Shown here one piece after another: positions 17,886 through 30,800 of a stretch of DNA of 64,000 nucleotides (position 1 is its first letter; each line of letters starts with the position of its first letter). The stretch comes from Paraspadella gotoi. Its lineage: Eukaryota; Animalia; Chaetognatha. The position numbers and the translations under genes are program-made. Below the pieces are notes generated by a model, which ran no database searches, was not told where the DNA came from, and was given only the letters and a program-made list of their open reading frames with translations. The DNA lies in contig CM119271.1 in assembly GCA_051294375.1 (NCBI GenBank), positions 8,237,788 to 8,301,787 on the forward strand. The letters run 5' to 3'.

Positions 17886-19691
17886 ATGGCGTCTTTTCTC
17901 GGCCTCGTTGAGAGCTCCTCGGACATCCTGGTCGAAATCTTCGCCAAGTCTCAAGATGCGGAGGAATTGAGAAGGGAGGAGCACCACCACGCCGTCGTCA
18001 TTCAAGCCTGGTTAATATGTGGTGATGATTGACGAAGTAAAATGAATACGAATTCCAAATAATGCTGCTATCTTTTTTATTTTGTTAGAGGGCATGATAG
18101 CTTGTTTATTGACCGAATAATTTTTATATTGGTTGTACCAATTTCATAATTCTTTCTCCGTTCAGGTATCGCGCTTGCCGCTCTCGCCAGTACTTGAACG
18201 AACTTCATCAAAAGGCCACAGAGATCCAGCGAACGTGGCGCGGCTACGCGGCTCGTAAAAAGTGGCGCCAGCTGATTGCCCGCCTAATCGATCAATTAAA
18301 GGCGAGGAGTGAAGGAATTAAAGGACCAGTGAAAATTAACAACCAACTTTTGTCATTTTTTTTCCTTCATGCAGAGCGACTTCTACAACAGAATGGCCAC
18401 ACAAATTCAGCGCACTTGGCGCGGTTTCTTCTCTCGCAAATACACTCACTACTACTACGCGTTGCAGCGCTACCTGACGCGCGTCAAAGTTCGCAACGAG
18501 GAGATGCGCGTCGCTTCCGTCGAGGAGAGGGAACGGGGAGACGCTAGACGATTGGCCGAACAAGAAGCCGAGGCTCATCGGAGGTCGGGTTTCTGCCTCT
18601 GATTTTAATTCGTCTGTAGTATTTTTAAATTTAATAATATTTTTCAGACTGGTCGCCGATTCGAAGTCCAAACATCATCTCCTTTCTACTTTTCACATTC
18701 CGGGAGTTTACAATAACCCGAAGCATCCGGGGCCGGAAGAGACGGAGTACAGGTGATGAAAAAAGGTTGAGGTTTTCAATTTACATAATATTTAAAAAAA
18801 ATTACCAGAATATTTGGTTTTGTTAAGTTATTAGAAACAAAATTCGATAGATTTTCTTAGCTCGTACATCTTTATAGTGTCAATATTTAATGATTTATTA
18901 ATTACGATTATTGAAGATTGAAGGCTGTAACGCCGTTAATGGCGACGGAGCAGCGGCGATCCGCGACCGCGGCGAGGAGAGATCGCCGCAAGTGCGACCA
19001 GAAGGAGATGAAGCTGCCTCCGCTGCCGCCGCAACCCCAAGGTCCCTTCAAAGAACAAAAGAAGGTCTACATTCAGGTGAGTGATTGTTAGATGGCTTAC
19101 GCCGATTTAAAAAACAAAAGCACTGTTATTATAAAATTTCTTTTTCCTTTTCTCCCCCGCCAGCGCCACAAGCCTCACTCGCCGTCTCTCCGCGTCGCCA
19201 CCTCCTACTTCACGCAACAGAGGGCGCGCGAGGCGATGGTGGCCGAGGAATGGGTCAACCGAGTCTACGACGACAAGTTCAAACACGTCGGTGTCATCGA
19301 TCGTCCCTACCGGGTGATTCTTTTGAACGTGAAACTGTCAATTTGTATCGTTTAATTTTTTCGTAATGTCAAACTTCGTTTTAGGCTCTTATGCACACGT
19401 CCTCGCCTTACAAACCGCTGGGTGCTCTGGAGTTGAGACAAGCGAAAAAGGAAAAGTGGATGGGAGAAAAGGTATTTGTCTAACTCGGCTATTATTTTTG
19501 TTAATTGACTGAAATTAATGTCCAAATGCAACGAAAAGAGAAGGATCAAAGTTAATTGTTTTAAAATTTTTTAAAAGAATCTTTCAATCCTTAATTAAAC
19601 TCAGGATTTCAAATCCCTCGTGCCTCGGGTCCCATACTTCGACAAATACAACAAAGCCTACGACGAATTCTGTCATCATTGCACATATTGA
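17886..19691 (+). CDS. SPATA17: Spermatogenesis-associated protein 17 (IQ-motif motile-cilium protein); exons approx. 17886-18010, 18166-18301, 18375-18583, 18648-18752, 18917-19076, 19164-19313, 19385-19471, 19605-19691
   Basis: Three IQ motifs (IQAWYRACRSR, IQRTWRGYAARK, IQRTWRGFFSRK) plus HHLLSTFHIPGVYNNP, PQGPFK and QRHKPHSPSLRVAT, as recalled for the SPATA17 family. Confidence 0.88.
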
Positions 19692-20118
19692 TCGCTCTCA
19701 AGTTTCCAATGAATTACCAAATCATCATCTAGCCAACTAAATTTAATACTCCAGTCCCGTAACCTTTTTGAAAAAAAAATGTCTATTTTTACACCCTTTT
19801 ACATCTTTTAGATATGTGATATTTTGTATACATGAATCGTAATACTATTGTCACCAACACTTGTAACGGATGAAAATATACCTTTTTTACCTACTTTGCT
19901 ATAATTAGGTATAACATTGAATAAACTCAAAATAGACAAAACAATTTTTTTGGCACAGATAGTTGCTTGTAATAATTACAAAATAGCGAATCTTTTCGTG
20001 CATAAATACGTAGTAGTTTGAATATTTGATTAATAGTATTATTAAAAAAAAATGAAAAAGCTAAGTAGTAGGCTACATACTACATAAATATATATATTAT
20101 CTATTTTCGATGATATTT

Positions 20119-23100
20119 TCACTTTCTCGGCATTCCCTTCATGTTCGGCATGACGACGAGATGATGTTTGATCTTCTGATAAACATCCCAAGGAATCCTC
20201 ATGAAGCAGAGATTGACTCGGTCGCGGATCCAGACGTAGAGGGTGTCGTCGCCGGGCCGGGGCGCCACTCGGGGAAAGAAGTCCAAGTAGTAGTGGGCCA
20301 CTTTCATCCAGTTGGGCCACGTTACCTGATAGTTTTTGATTATGGGTTTTGTGGGTCTGTTTATCCGATGAGAGCGCAGTGATTTTTCTTATTTAAAAAT
20401 TGAAATTCGAAACGAAAATTATAAAAACGATTTTTCATAAAGGCTTTTAAAGTATTTTTAATTTAAAACATTTAAAAAATGATCGGCTTATAATTTTATG
20501 CTAAAAATTAATTTGGATTATATTTTTAAAGATTTTAAAATTTTTCTCCCAAATTTTTAATTTTTACAAAAGAATATAGTAACAACGTTTTTATTTTTAT
20601 TGATATAACCATTATAACCATGATTTAATTGATGGAAATGTTACGGTTCTGAGACAATTTCGAACCTTCTTCAATAAAAATAAAAACAAAAACTCCGTTA
20701 CTTTGTTACCAAATTCCAATAACAACGAAAGAAAGGAATATAACACGATTACACAAAAGAATAATACATTTGCAATAACTTTTCAAAATTCATCCAAATC
20801 TGACTGTTTTTTTTAAAAAGTTAATTATTAAATTTTGACTATTTATATGGATAGCATTATATATTAAAACTGCTCAATGTTTACTTTGATTTCACCCTTT
20901 TTCCATCTAACTCACTTTCATCGGACTCTCGTTGATCCTGTCGTAAATGTAAGTGGTCTCGTTTTGATAGTATTTTTTGACCGTGAGATAGATGGGACGA
21001 GGGACGCGCATGAAGCAGTTGTTGATTCTGTCCCAGATGGGATGGTGGAGGACCTCGTCCCCTGGACGGGGATCTATGGTGAACCCGTAGTGATGGCGAA
21101 TCTGGACATGGAAGGTGATCGTCGTTCTATTACAATGAAAATTGCAAGATTACTAGTATTGCTATATTTAAATGCGCTTTACAACTCTTTTTGGAATTGG
21201 GGAAAGTTATTTGGAGAATAAATGCTAGACTGCTAGTCATAAATAAAGGCAAGTGTTGTCACCTAGAAATAGTATAGAACACAAGGTTATAATATTTTCC
21301 TCTCAATTAAGCAGTAAAATCCTGCTCAAGAAATCCAAAAGAATCAAAAAAAGATAATTTTAGGATTGCTAATAGTAATATGATCAGGGCCAAAAACTAA
21401 CCTGAAGGAAGAGTAGCCAAGGGACTTTCATTTCGCATTTATTTACTTTGTCCCAAACCACGGTGGTGTCGTCGTCGTAGTAATGTTTGACCGTCTCCAT
21501 CACAGTCCACGGAACTCTCATGAAGCAACTGTTGATCTTGTCCCAGATCCATGTGAACAGTTCTGTGTCCCCTGGTCTGGACGCCAGCGTAAATCCAAAG
21601 TAATGACGAACCTGAGTATTGAGTAAGGATGTGATAAATTTACTCCGCGATTCGAAGGGTCAACCCAATTTACGTATTTAAACGCTTACACTCAGGTAAG
21701 TGCTCCAAGGGACACGCATGGGGCACAGGTTGACTTTATCCCAGATGTAGGTTTGAGGTTCTTTGTTAGCCATGCTTTTGATGTGATGTCTCACTTTCTA
21801 CATAAAACAATAAAAAAAAAAGTTAGCTTCGCGAATACCAATCACTATCAACATGTTATCAATGACACCTGAAAGTTTTGATACGAAACTCTCATGTTGG
21901 TGAAGTTGACTCGGTCCGGGATCCCCACATAGAGAGTATCGTCTCCGGGACGCGCGTCTGGGATAGCGTCACAACCGCCGTCGTTGTAGAGATGTCTCAC
22001 CTAAGATGTGAAATATTAGTCACTGCTTATGAAAAAATAAATCGCTCGTGTTTACTACTGTAATCCATCTAAACTAAAGCTCCCTAATATGAAGAAGAAA
22101 AAATAGAGTAAAATGATCTTGGTGAGCTCCATCTTTTCCCCCTCAAAGCGTTAACTTTTTTTTTTTTTTTTTTTGAAACCTCAGCTTAAGAATAAGATAA
22201 TAATGATGTATGAGTTTTAAGCCTCTGTCAGTTCGACCATCCGTTCATACTTTTTATTGTTTTCGGAGATCAAATATTTTTTTTAATTTATTCTCTTTTT
22301 TTTCCGTATTTACCCACCTACCTTGCAATAATTGTGCCAGGACACTTTCATCGGGCACTCGTTGATCCTGTCGAAGATGTAAGTGGAGTCGTTGTTGTAG
22401 TGATGCTTGACGCTCAAATAAATGGCCCTGGGAACCGTCATCCAGGCGTTGTTGACGCGGTCGAAAATCTCCACGAGAAAGTAACGACGAACTTGGAGCC
22501 AGGCGGCCCAAGGGATTCGCATCTTGCACTCGTTTATCTGTTGGCGGAATTTCCGGGAGGGGGATAGGAGGCAGGGGATGGTGAAGAGCCCGATGTGGGT
22601 GTTGATTAGATTTAATTATCTGAACAAATTTTGAAATTAGATTCATTTGATAAATTTTATACGCTAAAAAATAAAAAAATGGAATTTCTCAACATCTTAC
22701 TGTACCGACCTTGTAGGAATGAGCATTATTACGAGGCAGGGGTTTTTAAATACGGTAGTGGTTTTATGCTGAGAATTTGTGTTATCTCCGGGGAGACTGA
22801 ACCAGAATGATTGCTCTAATCTACGAGAACGAGCAACTATCGTTTTATAGGATCACAAGCGAGTGTAAGAATATTTTCTTCCATTAGCTCGATCGCCCAG
22901 AATCTGCGTCGTGCAATGAGGGAGATTTTACCCTCACCATTTTACTATTATCGATTATAAGTCTATATGTATTCTCCGCCATATTAATTACTCACTTTAT
23001 CCCAAATGTTGACGTAAAGGGTTTCATCTCCAGGTTTCGACGCGATCTCTGGAATGTGATGATCGCCGTACAAGTGCTTCACCTAGAAGAAACATTTTTT

Positions 23101-23243
23101 AAAATTCTATTGTATACAAATTAAAAAAAAAATATTTCGTGACTCACTTTGGAATAGTCAGCCCAAGAGACTTTCATGGGTACATTGCTGATTCGGTCAA
23201 GGATGAAGGTCGCATTGGGATCCCCGCTCTGGACTTGCGCCAT
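20119..23243 (-). CDS. Uncharacterised tandem-repeat protein, ~413 aa, 11 copies of xIWD[RK][IV]NxCxM[RK]VPWxxYxxV[RK]H[YH]Y; exons 23243-23148, 23082-22996, 22537-22322, 22000-21869, 21797-21690, 21611-21402, 21101-20916, 20325-20119
   Basis: Eight exons with GT-AG boundaries, all phase 0, join into one stop-free frame, and the repeat register continues across the junctions. The start codon is uncertain because an acceptor at 23267 lies just upstream with an open frame. Confidence 0.85.
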
Positions 23244-24067
23244 CTTTCCGCCCGAGCTCAGTGAGACTGGAGAGTGAAAAACGATGTGAATAGTGAAACG
23301 ATATTAAAATAACTAGATTACTATCAAAATATTAATAATTTTTAACATTTTTTCTTCGCCTTTGAATTATATCCTGGGAAAAAAAAAACAATATTAAGCT
23401 TTAAGAAAAAAAAGTGGATAGTTGAAGTGAAAAAATTCCGTTGGTTCTGTGAATTCACAGCGAAGGTAGAGGCGGGAGATTCGTACGAAAATCAACCAAA
23501 TCTTGAATTGATTTTCGTTCGAAGGCCAACGCGCGCCAATGGAAGAGAGAATGGGCTCACGTTTTTTTATTTCAAGAAAAAAAAAAAATTCCAAATTTTC
23601 TCGCCAGCTTCAAAGGGTTTCTTACTTTTTATTCTTTCCTTTTTATTTTATTTCTCCTTTTTTCTTTTTTTCTTTTATTTCATCTTCTCATCTGCTCTAT
23701 CTCATCAATTAATCATGGGAGGTGTGCAGTCTTTCGGGGTGATTTTTTTTTTTTTAATTTTTACTAAGTTTTCTTTCTTTTTTTTTATTCGTTGTAATCT
23801 TAACACACAACTACCTGTTGAAAGTTCGGATTTCCCGGGTTGGATTTTCAATCATAATCGAAAGCAGATTGAGACAACGAAACGGACAAATTTATAAAAA
23901 ATGGAAAACGTGGGCTTTTCGAAATAATAGAATTAGAGAAAGGATGAGGCACCGAGGCAAGCCATGAGAATAACTCTCTCGACGATTATTTTGCTGATTA
24001 ATAACGTAAACATTAAACAATGTAATGGAATAACGATCTTAATCATTTCGTAATCATTAAATTTCTC

Positions 24068-24825
24068 TTAAATAGTCTTACGCCTGTTCTGGAAGTCGCC
24101 CATCCTTGCTTCGATTCTGTCCAGCCGCTTCGAGATTCTGTCTTTGTCCCTTGGAAGCCCGTCCACCGATTCCAGGCGACGCATGATCTTGGCCAGCATC
24201 GCCTGGACATTGTCCCATCCGGTCATTTTGACGGTCGAGGGCGTCGCGTCTCTTGTCACGGAAAAAATATGGATGTTAAAGATTGTAAAATTTGAGTGAT
24301 TTTTTTTATGAAACGATGATTGAATTTGGTTTCAAAGTCTAAATTTAGATCAAATTTTTAAAAATCGTGTTATCTTGATAAACAATACATATTGCATTAA
24401 CGTGCGACAGACCGGGCTTTTTTAAAAATTTATTTAATCAAGAAATATAATTTTTACCTTTTTTTTTATTTTAGTGAGACAAAAAACATAAAAAGTTCGG
24501 ATGAATTACGATCAAATAAATATCTTAGTCTAAAGACTCAATAAAATTAGGTCGGACTTTACTGCTTGTAAAAACTTTTTAAACATTGCTGAGCGGCTGC
24601 TGCCTGCCGATCCAAAAAAAAAAACCTTCAAGCTTAAGTATCAAATGTCATAATGATTTAGGACTTGGGCGATTGAATATTTTTATAACGAAAATATATA
24701 ATGAAAGGAAAAAAAGGTAAACAATAGAAATTAACGAAACTTGGGGGAAAAAAAACGACAGAAAATTTTGATAAGAACGAATTTTTTTTTTCTCGTGATT
24801 GACATTTTTTTGATATCTCTCTCTC

Positions 24826-24872
<47 letters not shown>

Positions 24873-27800
24873 TCCTCCCTCCCCAACGCTATGTTGTGAC
24901 CAATCCACTCGGTTGCGTCGCGTTCGGCTTCAGTTATCGATCCTCGACCTGGATTTAGAAAAAAAAAATAAACGCCATAAAAATTGGATCCTCCCTCTCT
25001 CCCCTTTACCGCCCCCCCTCCCCCCTTCCCGACCTCGCACCTCCTTCTCTCTTATCCCTGCTCCCCAGCCTCTCTCTCTCCCCTCGCGGATCGCTCCTGA
25101 AAAATTACAAGGATCCCGAGTCAACTCGGGGATATTCATCTCCTAGTATCTTTCTTTTTTTTCTCTCTCTCTCTCTCTGCTTTTCAAAACTACACTGACT
25201 AAATTTGAAATGACCTTCGGATATACATCGAAGAAATCGGGAAAATCGAAAAGGGGATTAGTTTCATGTAGTATAGTGACACGTACAAAAAGAATGAATT
25301 TTTATTTTCGCGAAAACAAGAGCGTACGGATGTACGGATCGGTGAAAGATAGAGATGTACCGAAAAAAAGAAAAAAAAACCGAGACTTTGATTAACGGAA
25401 GAGGATCTGATTACAGCACATTAAGGCACAACATTGATAGAGAGAGAAAAAAAACTGGATATGTGTTGTTTCGGGGGAGTGAGGGTAGTATCGGGTCTTG
25501 AGCTTTGGTTATTGAATGATTACGAAGCAAGTGCCCCGATTATTTTTAAAAATGTCATCATTTAACCAATTTTGGTATAAAATGGTATAAAATTGGGTAG
25601 TAATGCCCTTTTTGAAATTTTAAATTCGCATGGAAAATTCTCACGTCGAGATAATTCTCAAATCCTTTGTAATTTTTTTTTATAAAATTAATTTACAAAG
25701 CAAACGGAGCCGAATACATTATAGAAAATGAAATATTGTAGCTCTGAAAAAGAACTAATAGGATTTAATGAAATGTAAAAAAACAGTGTTCGAGTAAGAT
25801 GAATAAATTTATAAGAAAAAAAGGCGATGTAATTAATCTGTGGTAGTATGGCAAGTAGGATGAATTTAATATGAGAATGGAGAAAGATTATTTGTTTTAG
25901 CTGTGTAAAAAGGCTTTTCTTTCCCTTTCGCATAGAAAACCTAAGGCTTGAGTACAGTCTTTGTTCAACATTTTTTGGAGAACCACGCGCCATTTCTACG
26001 CATGAGCTTTTTTTCTCAGTCGTTTGACTTTTCGCAATTTGTTTTTGTTTTGTTTTTTTCTTTTATTCTTTTTCACTTTTCCCTTTTCCCATTCGCGCAA
26101 ACGATTCCCGCTCTTTATCTTCTTTATCGACTATCAAATTGTATCTTCGCGGAATTTGGGCGGGAGGTTCAGCGGGACTGCGACCGGATNNNNNNNNNNN
26201 NNNNNNNNNNNNNNNNNNNNNNNNNNNNNNNNNNNNNNNNNNNNNNNNNNNNNNNNNNNNNNNNNNNNNNNNNNNNNNNNNNNNNNNNNNNNNNNNNNNN
26301 NNNNNNNNNNNNNNNNNNNNNNNNNNNNNNNNNNNNNNNNNNNNNNNNNNNNNNNNNNNNNNNNNNNNNNNNNNNNNNNNNNNNNNNNNNNNNNNNNNNN
26401 NNNNNNNTTAATAAATCGGTTTCATGAACGAAGCTGGCCGCAAATGAGCGCAATTTTTTCAAAAGATTTTATTTTGAAATTGAAGAGACAGTNNNNNNNN
26501 NNTTTTTTTCTCAGTCGTTTGCTTTTCGCAATTTGTTTTTGTTTTGTTTTTTTCTTTTATTCTTTTTCACTTTTCCCTTTTCCCATTCGCGAAAATGATT
26601 CCCGCTGTTTTGGTTATCTTTTTTATCCACTATCAAATTGTATCTTCACGGAATTTGGGCGGGAGGTTCAGCGGGACTGCGACCGGATCGGAATGCCGTT
26701 GAAACGCCTGTTGGCGAAGATTAAAAAAAACTTACAAAAAATATGATAAAAAATGATTATTATAGTCTTTTAAACTTAATAAATCGGTTTCATGAACGAA
26801 GCTGGCCGCAAATGACCGCAATTTTTTCAAAAGATTCTATTTTGAACTGTTTTTTTTTAGACTTTATTAAAAACAATCTTCAAAAAGTGTTTGAAAATCG
26901 AATTGAAAACTGTTGTCCGTTTACAATTTTTTTTTTTTAAAAAGTTTTTATCATCGGCCTAATTCAATACCATTAAATTCACAAACGTATAAAGTAAAAT
27001 AGAATAAACTTATCAAGTCATGAAAAGACGAACAAAACCCCCACTCTCTCTCTCTCACCTCTTCCCTCTTCTCAGACTTTTCCGATTGGCCGAGAAACTC
27101 TGACAAATCCACGCCGCACGTGACCAAATCGAGAAACGCCATCTTGTAGTGTTGATTGGAGACGATGAAGATGACGGGCTCGACGACGCAGGCGCTCTTG
27201 GCGAAGATGGGCGGGACGAAGTGGAGGAGGACGGGAAGTCGGTCGGGGTCCGCGAAGGCGTTCCACACGGACGTCAGGGCGTAAGGGGTCCAGCAGAAGA
27301 GGAAGCCCGCGACGAGCGACGCGCCTGTTGGAAGATTTGTTCATTTGCTGCGTTGACATTTGTTGATTTTCATTTATACACTCGTAATCGTTAAATTAAT
27401 CCTAAAAATATTTTAAAATCGGTTTTTAGGAAACTGACAGTCGATGATATTTTTTAAAAGAAGACGTTAATATCATACTTTGATTATTAAATATTAAACT
27501 TATTTTCTTTAAAAAAGGACGGAGTAGATTGTAAAATGTACAAAGTTTCTTGTTTTCAGGCCGCCACTGATTGGACAAGAGTAAAGAAACGATTCTTATA
27601 TAGCTAATTTAACTTTGATTAGTTCCATAGACTATGGGATGGTAGCATATTGTAAATTAATTAAATAATCAAAACCCTTCTCGGGGAAAAAAACAACCAA
27701 GCGAATGATTACTTTTCTAATTCTTCTAAACAATTTTTATAAATTTCCCACATTCACAAAAAAAACAACCAAACCGCCCCCCCGCCGCCCTTCCAAATAT

Positions 27801-30800
27801 CCTCACCGGTCACGGCGACCTGGTGCTCCTTTATCGCGCTCTTCCTGGCGAGATGGAAATGCGCCGTCCAGCGGCGTCGCGATTCCCTCACCGTCCATAA
27901 TTCGCGAGTAGCAGAAGACGAGACGGCGACGGGGAGAAGAAATAGAGAGGAAGATGAAGAGGACGAAGGAGCGGGGTCGCCGCTCGCTGCTGCTGAACCA
28001 ATCCAGGAACAGGACGTCATCGATCCTTCGGGCACGGTAGCGGCTCCAGCCGAGCAGCGGCAGCGAAGCCACGCGACGCGGCAGCCCGCCAGGTGAGGGC
28101 CAAGAGTTTGCGCCAGGCAGTTGGTCAACTTTTGGGGGGGGGATTTTTGGNNNNNNNNNNNNNNNNNNNNNNNNNAAAGAGAGAGATATATGAGAATAGG
28201 AAGAAGATATTTGTTTAGCTGTGAAAAAGGCTTTCTTCCTTCGCATAGAAAACCTAAGGCTTTGAAGTACATGTCTTTGTTCAACATTTTATTGGAGAAC
28301 CACGCGCACATTTCGTACGCATGAGCTTTTTTTCTCAGTCGTTTGACTTTCGCAATTTGTTTTTGGTTTTGTTTTTTTCTTTTAATTCTTTTTTCACTTT
28401 TCCCTTTCACATTCGCGCAAACGATTCCCGCTCTTTATCTTCTTTATCGACTATCAAATTGTATCTTCGCGGAATTTGGGCGGGGAGGTTACAGCGGGAC
28501 TGCGAACCGGATCGGAATGCCGTTGAAACGCTGTTGCGAAGATGTAAAAAAAAATGAAAACAAACTTACCAAAAAAAATATGAAAAAAATGATTATTACA
28601 GTCTCTAAACTTAATAATCGGTTTCATGAAGCGAAGCTGGCCTGCAAATGAGCGCAAATTTTTTCAAAGATTTTATTTTGAAATTGAAGAGAAGAATTCT
28701 TGTTATGTGTTAGTGACAAACGTTCATACTAAGGCAGTCCCGAGCTTACGGATAGCTGTAACACCAAATGTTACAGGCGGGTTAAGCGCCCTCCCTCCCC
28801 TCCTTAACTTTGCCAGGAAACGAAAACCACCGGGCTAGAACCCCGGACCTTTGGGTTTGGGGAGACGAATGACTTGCCACATAGTGGCACCAATGGCCGC
28901 TGATGAACGGTTGGTGGATTTAAGTCTAAAACACCATACGTCCCCCTCCCGTAAAGGAGAAGCTGTTGCGTCTCTTCAGTGAATGTTGGTGGAGAAGGTT
29001 CGTCACCAAGTAGGCATGTCGCCTTGTGTTGTGGGTGGAAAAGTGGCATGCCAGGTTGAGGCATGGTCGCCTGAGTGTTGTTCGTTGCTGTTGTGTTCGA
29101 AGTCGGGCTCACCATTTTATGAAGAGACAGTAATATTGATATGTGTTTAATGACACGAACGCGTTAATATAGCAGTCCCTGAGCTTCGGATGCAGGCTGA
29201 ACACCAATGTACAGGCGGGTTAGCGCCCCGTCACCTCTTAACTGCCAGAGCGACCACCGGGCTAGAAAACCCATGGACCTTTGGGTTGGGAAGGCCAGAA
29301 ATGACTTGCCTCCCGGCAGCCAATGGCCGCTGATGAACGGTTGGTGGATTTTAAGTCGCACCATAAAACTGTTTTTTTAGACTTTACTTAAAAACAATCT
29401 TCAAAAAAGTGTTTGAAAATCGAACTTGAAAACGTTGTCCTGTTTACATTTTTTTTTTTTAAAAAAAGTTTTTTATCATCCGGCCTATTTCATACACGTT
29501 AAATTCACAAACGTATAAAGTAAATAGAATTAAACTTATCAAGTCATGAAAAGAACGCAACAAAACCCGCCACCTCTCTCTCTCACCTCTTCCCTCTTCT
29601 CACGACTTTTCCGGATTGGCCGAGAAACTCTGCACAATCCACGCCGCACGTGACCAAATCGAGAAACGCCATCTTGTAGTGTTGATTGGAGACGATGAAG
29701 ATGAGACGGGCTCGACGACGCAGGCGCTCTTGGCGAAGATGGGCGGGACGAAGTGGAGGAGGACGGGAAGTCGGTCGGGTCCGCGAAGGCGTTCCCACAC
29801 GGACGTCAGGGCGTAGGGGTCCAGCAGAAGAGGAAGCCGCAGACGAGCGAGACGCGCCTGTTGGAAGATTTGTTCATTTGCTGGGTTGACATTTGTTGAT
29901 TTTCATTTATACACTCGTATCGTTAAATTAATCCTAAAAATATTTTAAAATCGTTTTTAGGAACAACTGACAGTCGCATGATATTTTTTTAAAAGAAGAC
30001 GTTATAATCATACTTGATTATTAAATATTAAACTTATTTTCTTAAAAAAGGACGGAGTAGATTGTAAAATGTACAAAGTTTCTTGTTTTCAGGCCGCCAC
30101 TGATTGGACAAGAGTAAAGAAACGATTCTTATATAGCTAATTTAACTTTGATTAGTTCCAATAGGACTATGGGATGGTAGCATATTGTAAATTAATTAAG
30201 TAATCAAACCCTTCTCGGGGGAAAAAAAACAACAACCAAGCGAATGATTACTTTCTAATTCTTCTAACAATTTTATAAATTTTCCCATGTCACAAAAAAA
30301 AACAACCAAACCCCCCCCCGGCCCCTTCCAAATATCCTCACCGGTCACGGCGACCTGGTGCTCCTTATCGGCGCTCTTCCTGGCGGAGATGGAATGCGCC
30401 GTCCAGCGGCGTCGCGATTCCCTCACCGTCCACCAAATTCGCGAGTAGCAGAAGACGAGGACGGCGACGGGGAGAAGAAATAGGAAGAGGAAGATGAAGA
30501 GGACGAAGGAGCGGTCGCCGCTCCGCCGGCTGAACCAATCCACGGAACAGGACGTCATCGATCCTTCGGGCACGTAGCGGCTCCAGCCGAGCAGCGGCAG
30601 CGCAGCCACCGACGCGGCCAGCGCCCAGGTGAGGGCCAAGAGTTTGGCCGCCAGGCAGTTGGTCAACTTTTGGGGGGGGGGGATTTTGGAAAGTTGGTGG
30701 GGGTATGAGAGAGAGAGAGAGGGGGGGTCATCAAAAGGTTGAACAGGTCAGGACTGATGTTATCGACCGGATCTGGCGGTAAGATTGCTACCGGTGGCTC

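Noticed and set aside
22730-22905. Possible extra exon in intron 2 of the repeat-protein gene
   Set aside because: Both candidate acceptors lead to in-frame stops, and the repeat register is already continuous without it (IWDK|INECKM).
28898-28938. CTGATGA in the TRIM LTRs (CTGACGA in the copy at 12-18) as a hammerhead, which would make the element a retrozyme
   Set aside because: No stem II followed by GAAA can be formed downstream, and it lies antisense to the PBS/PPT orientation.
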